Origin: Escherichia coli
GTDB lineage: Bacteria; Pseudomonadota; Gammaproteobacteria; Enterobacterales; Enterobacteriaceae
DNA length: 64,000 nucleotides
Assembly (NCBI RefSeq): GCF_044324875.1
Contig: NZ_CP172185.1
Strand: one strand, 5' to 3'
Shown here: positions 20,708 through 29,645 of the stretch, piece by piece
How the letters are laid out: the number at the start of each line of letters is the position of its first letter
Position numbering within the stretch: the first letter of the stretch is position 1
The notes under the pieces: model-generated
Seen by the model: the letters and a program-made list of their open reading frames with translations, nothing else
Databases searched by the model: none
What the model was told of the DNA's origin: nothing
Translations under genes and position numbers: made by a program

Positions 20708-22051
20708 ATGCACAACTCCAAAATCCGGCTGGCTATACTGGTTGGCTGCATGGCTCTGAGCGCCAACCTGTGGGCCAAAGCGCAGCCGGTGCAGGCAACG
20801 CTGGCCGGGCATGCAATTCTGCCGGCAAAATCCGCTGTTTCAACACCGAAGGATGCGCCGGGCGATTTGCAACAGAGCGGCAAATACACCAGCGGCAAAC
20901 GCGTCACCGAGCTGGGCAGCGTGGCGGGCAAATCCGCAGAACGCCTGACAGGACTCAGCCTGCCGATCAATGGTCAGCCGTTGCAGGGCCACTCAGGTAT
21001 CAAACACATGCCCGACGGTACCTATTGGGTGCTGACTGACAATGGCTTCGGCAGCAAAGCCAACTCCCCGGACGCCATGCTGTACCTCAACCAATACAAG
21101 ATAGATTTCAAAGACGGCTCGGTAGTACCGATGAAGACGCTGTTCCTGCATGATCCGGATAAAAAGGTGCCGTTCCACATCATCAACGAGAGCACCGAAC
21201 TACGCTATCTGACCGGCAGCGATTTTGATCCGGAAAGCTTCCAGTTTTCCGACGATGCCTTATGGATCGGTGATGAGTTCGGTCCTTACCTGATCAAGAC
21301 CGACCTGAACGGCAAGGTGCTGGCGGTGTTCGACACAGAAGTGGACGGTAAGGTGGTTAAATCGCCGGACAACCCGACGCTGACTCTACCTAGCGCTCCG
21401 GACGGTAAGCTGAACTTCCAGGTGGCGCGTTCCAAAGGCTTTGAAGGCATGGCCATCTCGCCGGACGGCAGTAAGCTGTATCCGCTGCTGGAAGGGGCAT
21501 TGTGGGACGGTGAGCAGTTCGAGAACGTTGACGGAAAACGCTACCTGCGTGTGCTGGAGTTCGATGCCAAACAGCAGGCCTGGACTGGTCGCAGCTGGCA
21601 GTACGTGCTGGAAGACAACCAGAACGCCATCGGCGACTTCAATATGATAGATGATACCCACGGACTGGTGATCGAGCGTGATAACGGCGAAGGCACGGCG
21701 GATAAAGCCTGCGTCGCCGGCGCGCCGACCAACAACTGCTTCAGTCAAGTAGCCAGGTTCAAACGGGTGTATAAAATTGCTTTCTCGGACACTAACGTCG
21801 GAAAACCTGTCGAAAAACTGGGCTATATTGACCTGATGAAGATTCAGGATCCGAACAAGCTGGCACGCAAGCCGCTGAACGACGGTGTGCTGACCTTCCC
21901 GTTCTTCACCATCGAGAACGTGGATGTGGTTGACACTAACCACATCATCGTAGGCAACGATAATAACTTCCCGTTTTCCTCCAGCCGCTGGCCTAATATG
22001 GCGGATGACAACGAGTTTATTCTACTGGATGTGAAGGATTTTCTGAAGTAG
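20708..22051 (+). CDS. secreted 'esterase-like activity of phytase' family protein (PF13449-like)
   Basis: 447 aa with a signal peptide (MHNSKIRLAILVGCMALSANLWA). The beta-propeller-like body carries SKGFEGMAISPDGSKLYPLLEGAL. An AGGAG RBS precedes the start. Confidence 0.6.
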   Translation: MHNSKIRLAILVGCMALSANLWAKAQPVQATLAGHAILPAKSAVSTPKDAPGDLQQSGKYTSGKRVTELGSVAGKSAERLTGLSLPINGQPLQGHSGIKHMPDGTYWVLTDNGFGSKANSPDAMLYLNQYKIDFKDGSVVPMKTLFLHDPDKKVPFHIINESTELRYLTGSDFDPESFQFSDDALWIGDEFGPYLIKTDLNGKVLAVFDTEVDGKVVKSPDNPTLTLPSAPDGKLNFQVARSKGFEGMAISPDGSKLYPLLEGALWDGEQFENVDGKRYLRVLEFDAKQQAWTGRSWQYVLEDNQNAIGDFNMIDDTHGLVIERDNGEGTADKACVAGAPTNNCFSQVARFKRVYKIAFSDTNVGKPVEKLGYIDLMKIQDPNKLARKPLNDGVLTFPFFTIENVDVVDTNHIIVGNDNNFPFSSSRWPNMADDNEFILLDVKDFLK

Positions 22052-22093
22052 GGGGAAGAGCATCTTACGATACTCCTCGCTAATTTAAAAACG

Positions 22094-22115
22094 AACGGTG
22101 CTGAGCACCGTTTTT
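22094..22115 (+). terminator. intrinsic terminator after the phytase-like gene
   Basis: aacggtgc-tga-gcaccgtt followed by ttttt. Confidence 0.8.
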
Positions 22116-22207
22116 AATCACCTCGCCAGAACCTACCAGAATATGATGTTGGTTTATTATCACTGATTCATGGGGAGCACCCAGCGCTTCGGCGGTTTTT
22201 TATGTCT

Positions 22208-23032
22208 TTAAAGCAGTAGCGGTAGGGTCGCGCTGGCTGTTTTCTGGCTCACCTCGCTGTACTGGTCATCCAGCGCAATCAGCGATGTGGTGAGTAGCTC
22301 TACCAACAGCATCACTCCCACTTTGGCAGTCAGCGCGCCGGCACTCAAGGGTCCTTCCGGTTTGGCCGCGACCAGTTGAATATCACTCAGCGAAGCTAAC
22401 GGACTGCGCGGTGTATTACTCAGCGCCAGTACACGCACACCTTGCTTACGCGCTAGTTTTACGACATGCAGCAGATCGCGCGTGGATCCAGAACTGGAAA
22501 TCGCCACCACGAACGTGTTTTTACTAAGTGTTGTGGCGTTCATGGCAGCACGATGCATATCGCTGAACAATTGTGCGGGTTTCCCCAGACGCAGGAGTTT
22601 ATAATGTAAATACTCCCCCAGAATGGCACTGGCTGCTACGCCATAAATCTGCACTGACTGAGCCTGATGCAGTGCAAGCGCGGCTGCTTCCAGCAAGGCT
22701 CTGTCGAGTAATTTTGCTGTGTCCTGTATTGCTTGCACGGATTCATTGACCACATTGTCAATCTCATCACCGCCGTGCTCTACAAACTGTACTTGTCGGA
22801 GATCGAGTGCCAGCGCCATTTTGAATTCGTTATAGCCCTTACACCCAAGCGTTCGGCACAGACGTGTGACGCTAGCCTCGCTGGTGCCGCTTTCACGCGC
22901 AAGTTCGGTAATCGTCAGGTAGACAACTTTTGCCGGATCGCTAAGTACAAACTCTCCCAGCTTCTGTTGTGTTCGGCTATATCCATCAACGCTCTGGCGC
23001 AATCTCAGCAGCAGGTTTTCATTTTCTGACAT
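22208..23032 (-). CDS. MurR/RpiR-family transcriptional regulator (HTH + SIS)
   Basis: 274 aa with the N-terminal HTH_6-like segment LTITELARESGTSEASVTRLCRTLGCKGYNEFK, followed by a SIS-domain-length body. It is divergent from the PTS gene. Confidence 0.85.
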   Translation of the reverse strand: MSENENLLLRLRQSVDGYSRTQQKLGEFVLSDPAKVVYLTITELARESGTSEASVTRLCRTLGCKGYNEFKMALALDLRQVQFVEHGGDEIDNVVNESVQAIQDTAKLLDRALLEAAALALHQAQSVQIYGVAASAILGEYLHYKLLRLGKPAQLFSDMHRAAMNATTLSKNTFVVAISSSGSTRDLLHVVKLARKQGVRVLALSNTPRSPLASLSDIQLVAAKPEGPLSAGALTAKVGVMLLVELLTTSLIALDDQYSEVSQKTASATLPLLL

Positions 23033-23197
23033 GTAAAATCCTTAATGCGTTTATCTGTTGATAGTGTGACGGAAAGGAGGGGATTGATGCCAGACATTTT
23101 AAAAAAGTATGATCGACTTCTTAGATTTTGATGGTGATTTTTATTTATAAGAATAATTATGGTAAAAATTTTCATCAAAAATCGAGGAGATGATAAA

Positions 23198-24754
23198 ATG
23201 ATGCAAATGTTTAGCGGCGCTTCATCGGGGGGATGGTTTGAAAAAGCGCAGCGGTTCGGAAAATCCTTCATGCTGCCGATTGCGGTATTGCCCGCAGCAG
23301 GGCTGTTATTAGGGATTGGTGGCGCGTTGTCAAATCCAAACACGTTGACGGCTTATCCGTTTTTAGATGCCGACTGGTTGCAGGCAATATTCACAATCAT
23401 GACCAGCGCAGGTTCTATTGTGTTTGCCAACCTGTCGGTACTCTTTGCAGTCGGCGTCGCCGTGGGGCTGGCGAAATCGGATAAAGGCACTGCCGGGCTT
23501 GCGTCATTGCTGGCGTTTCTGGTGATGAATGCCACCATCAACGCCTTATTAACGCTCAACGGAACGCTGGCGCACAAGAACCCCGCTTCAGTTGGCCAGG
23601 GGATGACGCTTGGTATTCAGACACTGGAAACTGGTGTGTTTGGTGGGGTGGTGATTGGTCTCGTCACCTGCACTTTACATAGCCGTTTCAATAAAGTCTC
23701 ACTACCTCAGTTTCTCGGTTTTTTTAGTGGTTCTCGTTTTGTACCCATTATCAGCTCCCTTGCCGCGATAGTAGTGGGTGCGGTTATGACGGTGGTGTGG
23801 CCGCATTTCCAGAAACTCATTTTTGGACTGGGCGACCTGGTGGATGCGACGGGCTATCTGGGGACGCTGTTGTACGGCTTCATCCTGCGTATGCTCGGTC
23901 CACTGGGTTTACACCATATCTTTTATTTGCCGTTCTGGACGACGGCGCTGGGCGGCAGTGAAATCGTCAACGGCCAGTTGGTTGAAGGTACGCAGCGGAT
24001 TTTCTTTGCCCAACTTGCCGATCCGAATACGCAGCAGTTCTACGCGGGTACCGCTCGCTTTATGTCCGGGCGCTTTATCACCATGATGTTTGGCCTGCTT
24101 GGCGCATGTCTGGCAATGTACCATACTGCAAAGCCGGAGAATAGAAAGGTTGTCGCCGGACTACTTTTGTCGGCAGCCCTGACCTCTTTCCTGACGGGAA
24201 TCACTGAGCCTGTTGAGTTCTCCTTCCTGTTTGTCGCGCCCGTATTATACGTAATTCACGCCTTCTTCGATGGTCTGGCGTTTATGGTCGCCCATATTTT
24301 ACATATCACTATTGGGCAAACCTTTTCGGGCGGGCTTATCGATTTCCTTCTCTTCGGCGTGTTGCAGGGGGAAGCTAAAACAAACTGGATGTATGTCCCC
24401 ATAGTGGGAATACCGTGGTTCTTCCTTTACTACTTTACTTTCCGCTATTTGATTAACCGCTTTGGCTGGCTGACGCCGGGGCGTGAGAACGTAACCCAGG
24501 TTGAATCCGGCCAGCCTCAGAGTGAACGCGCAGCGGCAGTCATTGCCGGGCTGGGAGGCAAAGAGAATCTGGAAGAGGTGGACTGTTGCGCCACGCGCCT
24601 GCGCGTGACGGTTAAAGAGAGCAGTAAGGTAGATGAAGCTGCGCTGAAAGTGGCCGGAGCGCGTGGCGTGATTATTCGCGGCAACGGCGTTCAGGTGATT
24701 TATGGCCCTCATGTCACCATCATTAAAAACGAAGTCGAAGAGATTTTATCGTAA
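23198..24754 (+). CDS. PTS glucose-superfamily EIICB component (possibly specific for ManNAc or another amino sugar)
   Basis: ORF 23159..24754, with the start moved to ATG 23198 (GAGGAG 8 nt upstream). It has the EIIC motif [15 protein letters not shown] and a C-terminal EIIB with CCATRLRV. Confidence 0.85.
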   Translation: MMQMFSGASSGGWFEKAQRFGKSFMLPIAVLPAAGLLLGIGGALSNPNTLTAYPFLDADWLQAIFTIMTSAGSIVFANLSVLFAVGVAVGLAKSDKGTAGLASLLAFLVMNATINALLTLNGTLAHKNPASVGQGMTLGIQTLETGVFGGVVIGLVTCTLHSRFNKVSLPQFLGFFSGSRFVPIISSLAAIVVGAVMTVVWPHFQKLIFGLGDLVDATGYLGTLLYGFILRMLGPLGLHHIFYLPFWTTALGGSEIVNGQLVEGTQRIFFAQLADPNTQQFYAGTARFMSGRFITMMFGLLGACLAMYHTAKPENRKVVAGLLLSAALTSFLTGITEPVEFSFLFVAPVLYVIHAFFDGLAFMVAHILHITIGQTFSGGLIDFLLFGVLQGEAKTNWMYVPIVGIPWFFLYYFTFRYLINRFGWLTPGRENVTQVESGQPQSERAAAVIAGLGGKENLEEVDCCATRLRVTVKESSKVDEAALKVAGARGVIIRGNGVQVIYGPHVTIIKNEVEEILS

Positions 24755-25443
24755 TGAAAACTGTACTGGATTCCCTGAAAGGTAAATTAATCGTCTCCTG
24801 TCAGGCTCTGGAAAATGAGCCTCTACATAGTCCGTTTATTATGTCACGTATGGCGCTGGCGGCAGCACAAGGTGGTGCTGCAGGTATCCGTGCCAACAGC
24901 GTGGCGGATATTAGTGCTATCAAAGAGATTGTCTCCCTTCCGATGATAGGGATTATCAAACGCGATTACCCTGGCAGTGAGGTGTTTATCACGGCCACTC
25001 TCCGGGAAGTGGATGAGCTGATGACCGTTGAGCCGGAAATTATTGCCCTGGATGCTACTGCGCGCCCGCGCCCTGGTGGTCAGACGCTGGAAGAACTGGT
25101 CACGCAGATCCGCGCTCGCTACCCGTCCATACTTCTGATGGCAGATATAGCAACAGTAGAAGAGGCAGTGACAGCTGAACGTCTGGGTTTTGACTGTGTG
25201 GGCACTACGCTCTACGGCTATACCGCAGAAACTGCCAGGCATGTGCTGGCGGAAAATGACTGTGGATTCTTACGTGAGGTCCTGAAAGCGGTCAGCGTTC
25301 CGGTCGTGGCGGAAGGGAATGTCGACACCCCGGAGTGCGCCGCACGTTGCCTGACATTAGGCGCTCATACCGTGGTGGTTGGGGGGGCAATCACTCGTCC
25401 GCAGCAGATAACGACACGCTTTATTGCAGCGATCGCCTCGTAA
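24754..25443 (+). CDS. nanE: N-acetylmannosamine-6-phosphate 2-epimerase paralogue
   Basis: 229 aa. It aligns by eye with NanE (..[50 protein letters not shown]). Its start codon overlaps the PTS gene stop codon. Confidence 0.8.
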   Translation: MKTVLDSLKGKLIVSCQALENEPLHSPFIMSRMALAAAQGGAAGIRANSVADISAIKEIVSLPMIGIIKRDYPGSEVFITATLREVDELMTVEPEIIALDATARPRPGGQTLEELVTQIRARYPSILLMADIATVEEAVTAERLGFDCVGTTLYGYTAETARHVLAENDCGFLREVLKAVSVPVVAEGNVDTPECAARCLTLGAHTVVVGGAITRPQQITTRFIAAIAS

Positions 25444-25550
25444 AGCACCGATGAGGCATGATATTTTGCTGGGAATAAGCGATAATTATCGCTTATTCCA
25501 TATTGAGAGTGCTATGCAGTTCCCGATTAGCTCGGCAGGGGCTAAATCAT

Positions 25551-25700
25551 GGTTATCCGGTCATGCTGCGCATGGATAATCGCTCGGAATTTAACACTCT
25601 CGCGCTGACACTGGCTGAATGGGCATAGATACTCGCAGTAAAACGAGAGCTCAGCCAGCCTGGTCGAGTTACCCCTGATAGAGGAATACTGATCCTACCC
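25551..25700 (+). pseudogene. short IS3-family integrase-core fragment
   Basis: GYPVMLRMDNRSEFNTLALTLAEWA*ILAVKRELSQPGRVTP resembles the ..DNG.EF....W......SQPG.P.. segment of DDE transposases. It contains an in-frame stop. Confidence 0.45.
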
Positions 25701-25947
25701 CATGTAATGTGGACACAAGCCTAAGTGATGTTCTGGTTTTCAAATTGTTCCGTACTGAGACCACCACACCAGCTGTGCCCTAACAGGCACAGTTTCAGCA
25801 CTCCTAAGCAACCGTAAAATGGCACCAGTTTCACAAGCAATTGTGCTCATTATTATTGCTATAACAAAAACCTTTTTTTCTGATGAATGAATTATTAATA
25901 TAATTCTGATCAAACACCTGTTTTTTTAACCTACAGAAGGAGTTATT

Positions 25948-26286
25948 ATGAAAAAATACTCTTCTCCCGTCCTTGCACTCATTCTTGTTAGCAACAGTAT
26001 GGTATCCTCCGCTGCCACAAAAGAAATCTCAAAAACAGCTTATGTCTGTAATGGAAATAAGACAATGGAGGTGGTCTATATCAACACCACTGCTGGGAAC
26101 TCATATGCAGTGATTAATCAGATGGATGAGATGATACCTATGCAGCTAATGAAAATGGCCTCCGGAGCCAATTACGAAGCCATCAATAAAAGATACTCAT
26201 ATAAACTGTACACAAAAGGTAAAAAAGCCAATCTGGTGGAAGGGAATGATAATCCTGTCTTAAGCAACTGTTCATCGGCCGAATGA
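25948..26286 (+). CDS. periplasmic MliC/PliC-like lysozyme-inhibitor family protein
   Basis: 112 aa with a signal peptide, two Cys (YVCNG.. and ..LSNC) and the central MASGANYEA (SGAxY-type motif). Confidence 0.5.
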   Translation: MKKYSSPVLALILVSNSMVSSAATKEISKTAYVCNGNKTMEVVYINTTAGNSYAVINQMDEMIPMQLMKMASGANYEAINKRYSYKLYTKGKKANLVEGNDNPVLSNCSSAE

Positions 26287-26435
26287 CAGCCAGAGCCTGT
26301 CAGTAATTCTGTGTAAATGCCTTTTCTTTAAAGTGACCGTCAGGACGGTCACTGATTACCCATTCTGAATTCAGTGCAGAATTAAAACATGTGTGCAAAA
26401 TAATTTAATTCAGACAGCTTTTTATTTCACTATGG

Positions 26436-26531
26436 CTATCCCAGAACAACCAGTACAAATAATAAAAGACATATCACAGCAACACTCCACACTGACAGCG
26501 CAAAAATAAATGCCGCCTTTGTTATCTTCAT
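26436..26531 (-). CDS. possible 31-aa hydrophobic peptide (below the ORF-track cutoff)
   Basis: Manual translation gives MKITKAAFIFALSVWSVAVICLLLFVLVVLG*. It is a single TM-like segment on the same strand as, and 112 nt downstream of, the LuxR-type gene. The RBS is weak. Confidence 0.2.
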   Translation of the reverse strand: MKITKAAFIFALSVWSVAVICLLLFVLVVLG

Positions 26532-26642
26532 ATACAAGCAACCTGTCCTGATAATCACCAGCTCATGTTTTATTCTTAACCATTCGTCACAAATACAACA
26601 AAAAATAACAGCAGCAGCACCGATATCACAATATAAGATACA

Positions 26643-27098
26643 TTATTCAACACCTGAATCCCCCGCCGCTTCTCTCCCCTTTATAAAACGCCCCTTCCGG
26701 AATCCAGACCGCTGCAGTGCACGACGAAGATGACCGTATACCGTCTTGTCATTCTGCCCCGTCTCTTCTGTAATCTCCGCAATACTTAAACCTCTGTAAT
26801 ACCGGTTCAGTACCGCTCTGCGCTCTTCCAGCGTCAACACACCTCCGGCCGCTCTCAGATTCAGCATCGACTTATTCAGAATACAGCAGGCCTCTCCGGT
26901 AAAAAGAATACGAACAATATCTGTATACTCATCATCACAGAATACAAAATAATATCTGAATGACCTGCCTGACTGCACCCTTCTTCTGTCTGATATGGCA
27001 TCTTCTATATATCTGATTCGACTGCTTACGGTTCCAAATATCTCTCGCAGGGCTTTTTCAAAATAAATATCTCTCGTCGCCAGGATTATATCCAGCAT
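26643..27098 (-). CDS. LuxR/GerE-type HTH transcriptional regulator
   Basis: 151 aa with the C-terminal LTLEERRAVLNRYYRGLSIAEITEETGQNDKTVYGHLRRALQR. No recognisable receiver aspartate pocket is present. Confidence 0.75.
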   Translation of the reverse strand: MLDIILATRDIYFEKALREIFGTVSSRIRYIEDAISDRRRVQSGRSFRYYFVFCDDEYTDIVRILFTGEACCILNKSMLNLRAAGGVLTLEERRAVLNRYYRGLSIAEITEETGQNDKTVYGHLRRALQRSGFRKGRFIKGREAAGDSGVE

Positions 27099-27159
27099 CT
27101 CTGTACCTCATTATATCCCGGGGGACTCCCCCCGGGACAGATATCTAAATCCTGACCTG

Positions 27160-28419
27160 TCAGAACTCAAAATTCACACCAGCATTCCACGATGCGGATG
27201 ACCCACCTGCAGCAACTGCAACTTTTCCTGCCACATTCTCTGTGAAACGGTAGCCCACGCCCACCGCAATGGCCTGCTCATCACGGTAACCACCAACGGC
27301 TGCTGTCGCGTTAAATTTTCCAACACTGTATGGCTGGAAAAGACCTGCCAGTGCCGCGCTCTGGGCTGCACTCTCCCTTAACTCCTTCCGGTTCTCTTTA
27401 ATCTGCTCCTGCATATTATTCATTCTCTCTGTCGCCATCTTCTGCCAGGCTTCCGTCAAATCCAGACGATGACTGTTATTCCTTATCGCTGCTGTATTTG
27501 AGGCTATTGCTGCATCCGTCTGCGCCCTGTTCTTCACAAGCACATCGCTGAGATGTTCTGCCTGGCTTTTCGCTTCTTTACGGGCATCCCGTACACTTTT
27601 ATCTGTATAAGCCCGGGAAACCTGAACTGTTTCATCCGCTTTTTCTTTTATTTCATCCTGAAGAGCAAGAGAAGATGCATCCGTATACGCCACCGCTGCC
27701 GATGTGCCTGCAATAATATCCCTGCTGAGTTCATCACGTACTGCTGTAACCTGACTGTCAGTATGAGCACGGGCATCTCTGTATACACCGCCTATCTCAC
27801 CGCGCAGACTGTCTCCCTCTGCCTTCAGTTCATCACGTACTGCTGTGACCTGACTGTCAGTATGAGAAACAGCATCACGGTAGACAGCTCCTATCTCACC
27901 GCGCAGGGCATCCCCCGACACCCGTACAGCACCTGCAATGGCGTTGTCCATCTGTCCTTTTGTGGCCGCATCACTATCCTTAACACCATCTGAAACATTT
28001 ATAATCCGGCGGGTTTCCGGTGCACCATCAACTGAAAATCCATATCCTGAAGGACCGGCCCCTACAGAAAGTACATTGCTTTCTCCATTCACCTGAGAGC
28101 CATACCCCAGAGCGACACTGTTGTCTGCATTAAAAACAGCTGTCTTATTTCCTGTTGCCATGGATTTATCCGCATCCCAAATTATTGCATCGGAACCAAC
28201 AGCAAAGTTTTTTCCAGTAACACTACCACCATCGTTAGCATTTCCATTTCTGTCAATCACACTTGCACTTTCAAGTGACTGAGTGCCATTATCAATCCAG
28301 ATAATACCCGCCGTTGAATCAGTAATTGTTTTATGAGCCAAAGCCTGAGATGAGAGCAGCAGGGCCACACTCACTGCCAGCGCGCTTTTCTTTAAAAAAG
28401 CATCACGTCTTTTAAGCAT
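27160..28419 (-). CDS. trimeric autotransporter adhesin (YadA-like anchor; Eib/UpaG-type small TAA)
   Basis: ORF 27160..28473, with the start moved to ATG 28419 (AGGAG 8 nt upstream). It has a signal peptide, [28 protein letters not shown]. The C-terminal anchor is [27 protein letters not shown]. Confidence 0.85.
   Translation of the reverse strand: MLKRRDAFLKKSALAVSVALLLSSQALAHKTITDSTAGIIWIDNGTQSLESASVIDRNGNANDGGSVTGKNFAVGSDAIIWDADKSMATGNKTAVFNADNSVALGYGSQVNGESNVLSVGAGPSGYGFSVDGAPETRRIINVSDGVKDSDAATKGQMDNAIAGAVRVSGDALRGEIGAVYRDAVSHTDSQVTAVRDELKAEGDSLRGEIGGVYRDARAHTDSQVTAVRDELSRDIIAGTSAAVAYTDASSLALQDEIKEKADETVQVSRAYTDKSVRDARKEAKSQAEHLSDVLVKNRAQTDAAIASNTAAIRNNSHRLDLTEAWQKMATERMNNMQEQIKENRKELRESAAQSAALAGLFQPYSVGKFNATAAVGGYRDEQAIAVGVGYRFTENVAGKVAVAAGGSSASWNAGVNFEF
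27729..27926. repeat. 99-bp (33-codon) tandem repeat x2 inside the adhesin stalk
   Basis: gttcatcacgtactgctgt(a/g)acctgactgtcagtatgag.. recurs at 27729 and 27828. The protein repeat is ..[24 protein letters not shown]... Confidence 0.85.
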
Positions 28420-28852
28420 TCTGTTATTCTCCTGTATTATTACTTCACCAGCCAGAACGGTAGTGCGGAGCAAAAATACAGTGATAAGAATCCTCTTTTA
28501 TTAATTTAATAATGCCAGGAATATTATTGTGTATAATATGCGACCTCAATTTAAGCAGCAGAAAACGACTGGCATTAAAATCCTTAAATTATAAACACAT
28601 ACAACTTTGTAAAGGTGGTTATAATAAACCTGATTACTTTAATGTCTGTATACCTGCACTGCTGATATCACAAAACAATAAAAATCCTGGGTAATATCTC
28701 TGATGATTGAATGAGAAATTCACGATGTCTGGTGAGAATTCTGTTCAAAACGAGGAATGCAGACGTACACGTGGCAGGTATGGACTTCCACCGATTTAAC
28801 TTTTTTCCTTCCTTGTATTTACACATCACACATTTTGCGCTACAAAAATTTC

Positions 28853-28939
28853 ACGTGGCACGCACCACGTGATCCGTAGAAAAGCCTCTTGTTACGAATT
28901 TCGTAAACCGCACGTCTGTCTGGTCGTGCGGATTTTTTA
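28853..28939 (+). ncRNA. candidate small structured RNA: three consecutive hairpins ending in an intrinsic terminator
   Basis: SL1 is CACGTGG-cacgca-CCACGTG (28852-28871). SL2 is GTTACGAA-t-TTCGTAAC (28891-28907). SL3 is CCGCACG-10 nt-CGTGCGG plus T6 (28908-28939). A possible promoter is TTTACA (28818) - 17 nt - TACAAA (28841). No convincing ORF is present. Confidence 0.3.
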
Positions 28940-29158
28940 TCCGTCAACTTCACATGAAACCCGCCAGAGCACTGTTTCCGGATTCAGACATCAGGCATAT
29001 TATTATCCACGATGTCGTGAACAAGATCACACTTTTGCAATTCCTTTATTGATCGAAAGCAGTTAATCACGGAAATTAATTACCGGAGTGAAAGCATTTG
29101 CTATATAAACATTCCCAGAAGACATCTTCATGTTGAATATTATTCCCTTATTGACTAG

Positions 29159-29190
29159 CCCCTCTGACAGAATTTCAGAGGGGGTTTTTT
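29159..29190 (+). terminator. strong intrinsic terminator (orphan)
   Basis: CCCCTCTGA-cagaatt-TCAGAGGGG followed by TTTTTT. No credible + strand gene lies upstream (the 85-aa ORF 29130..29387 reads through it). Confidence 0.7.
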
Positions 29191-29229
29191 ATCAGTTTCA
29201 CCATCCAACCCTGTACGCCAGAATGGTTT

Positions 29230-29527
29230 CACTGTCACTCAGTTCTGCTATTGCCTTTTTCATCTCCCTTTACCTTACGTTCTGCCAGAGTCTGAGCCAT
29301 TTGAACAGGAGGTTATCATTGATATCGTGTTCCCGGGCAATACGGGCAACAGAGGCTCCTGGTTGCAAAACCAGTTTAACCATTTGAAGTTTAACTCATT
29401 TGAAAATGATCTGCGGGGTTCTGCGGATAATGTTTTTGCTCCATAACAGGCGTCCACCAGTTTGAAAAGGTGGGCACCTACGTTACCAATACTGGCTTAA
29501 TGGCTACATACGGCGGTCGGTTCTTAC
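29230..29527 (-). mobile_element. truncated IS66-family end (Orf1 5' part plus terminal repeat)
   Basis: 29278-29527 parallels 16060-16311 of the intact copy (..ctgccagag.ctgagccatttgaa.. and ..ttaccaat..tggctacatacggcggtc.gtt..ttac). It ends at 29527 next to ggtaaaacg. Confidence 0.65.
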
Positions 29528-29645
29528 GGTAAAACGACACAACCAAACGCTTCTTATCCTGCAATGAACTGCTTTATTACCGAGTTTAGTGACCGCACAG
29601 ACACTCACTTTTAAGAAAAACAGAATGGTAAACAAACTCCATGAA

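Noticed and set aside
21386-21943. 185-aa minus ORF inside the phytase-like gene
   Set aside because: It is an antisense shadow of a better-supported secreted protein gene.
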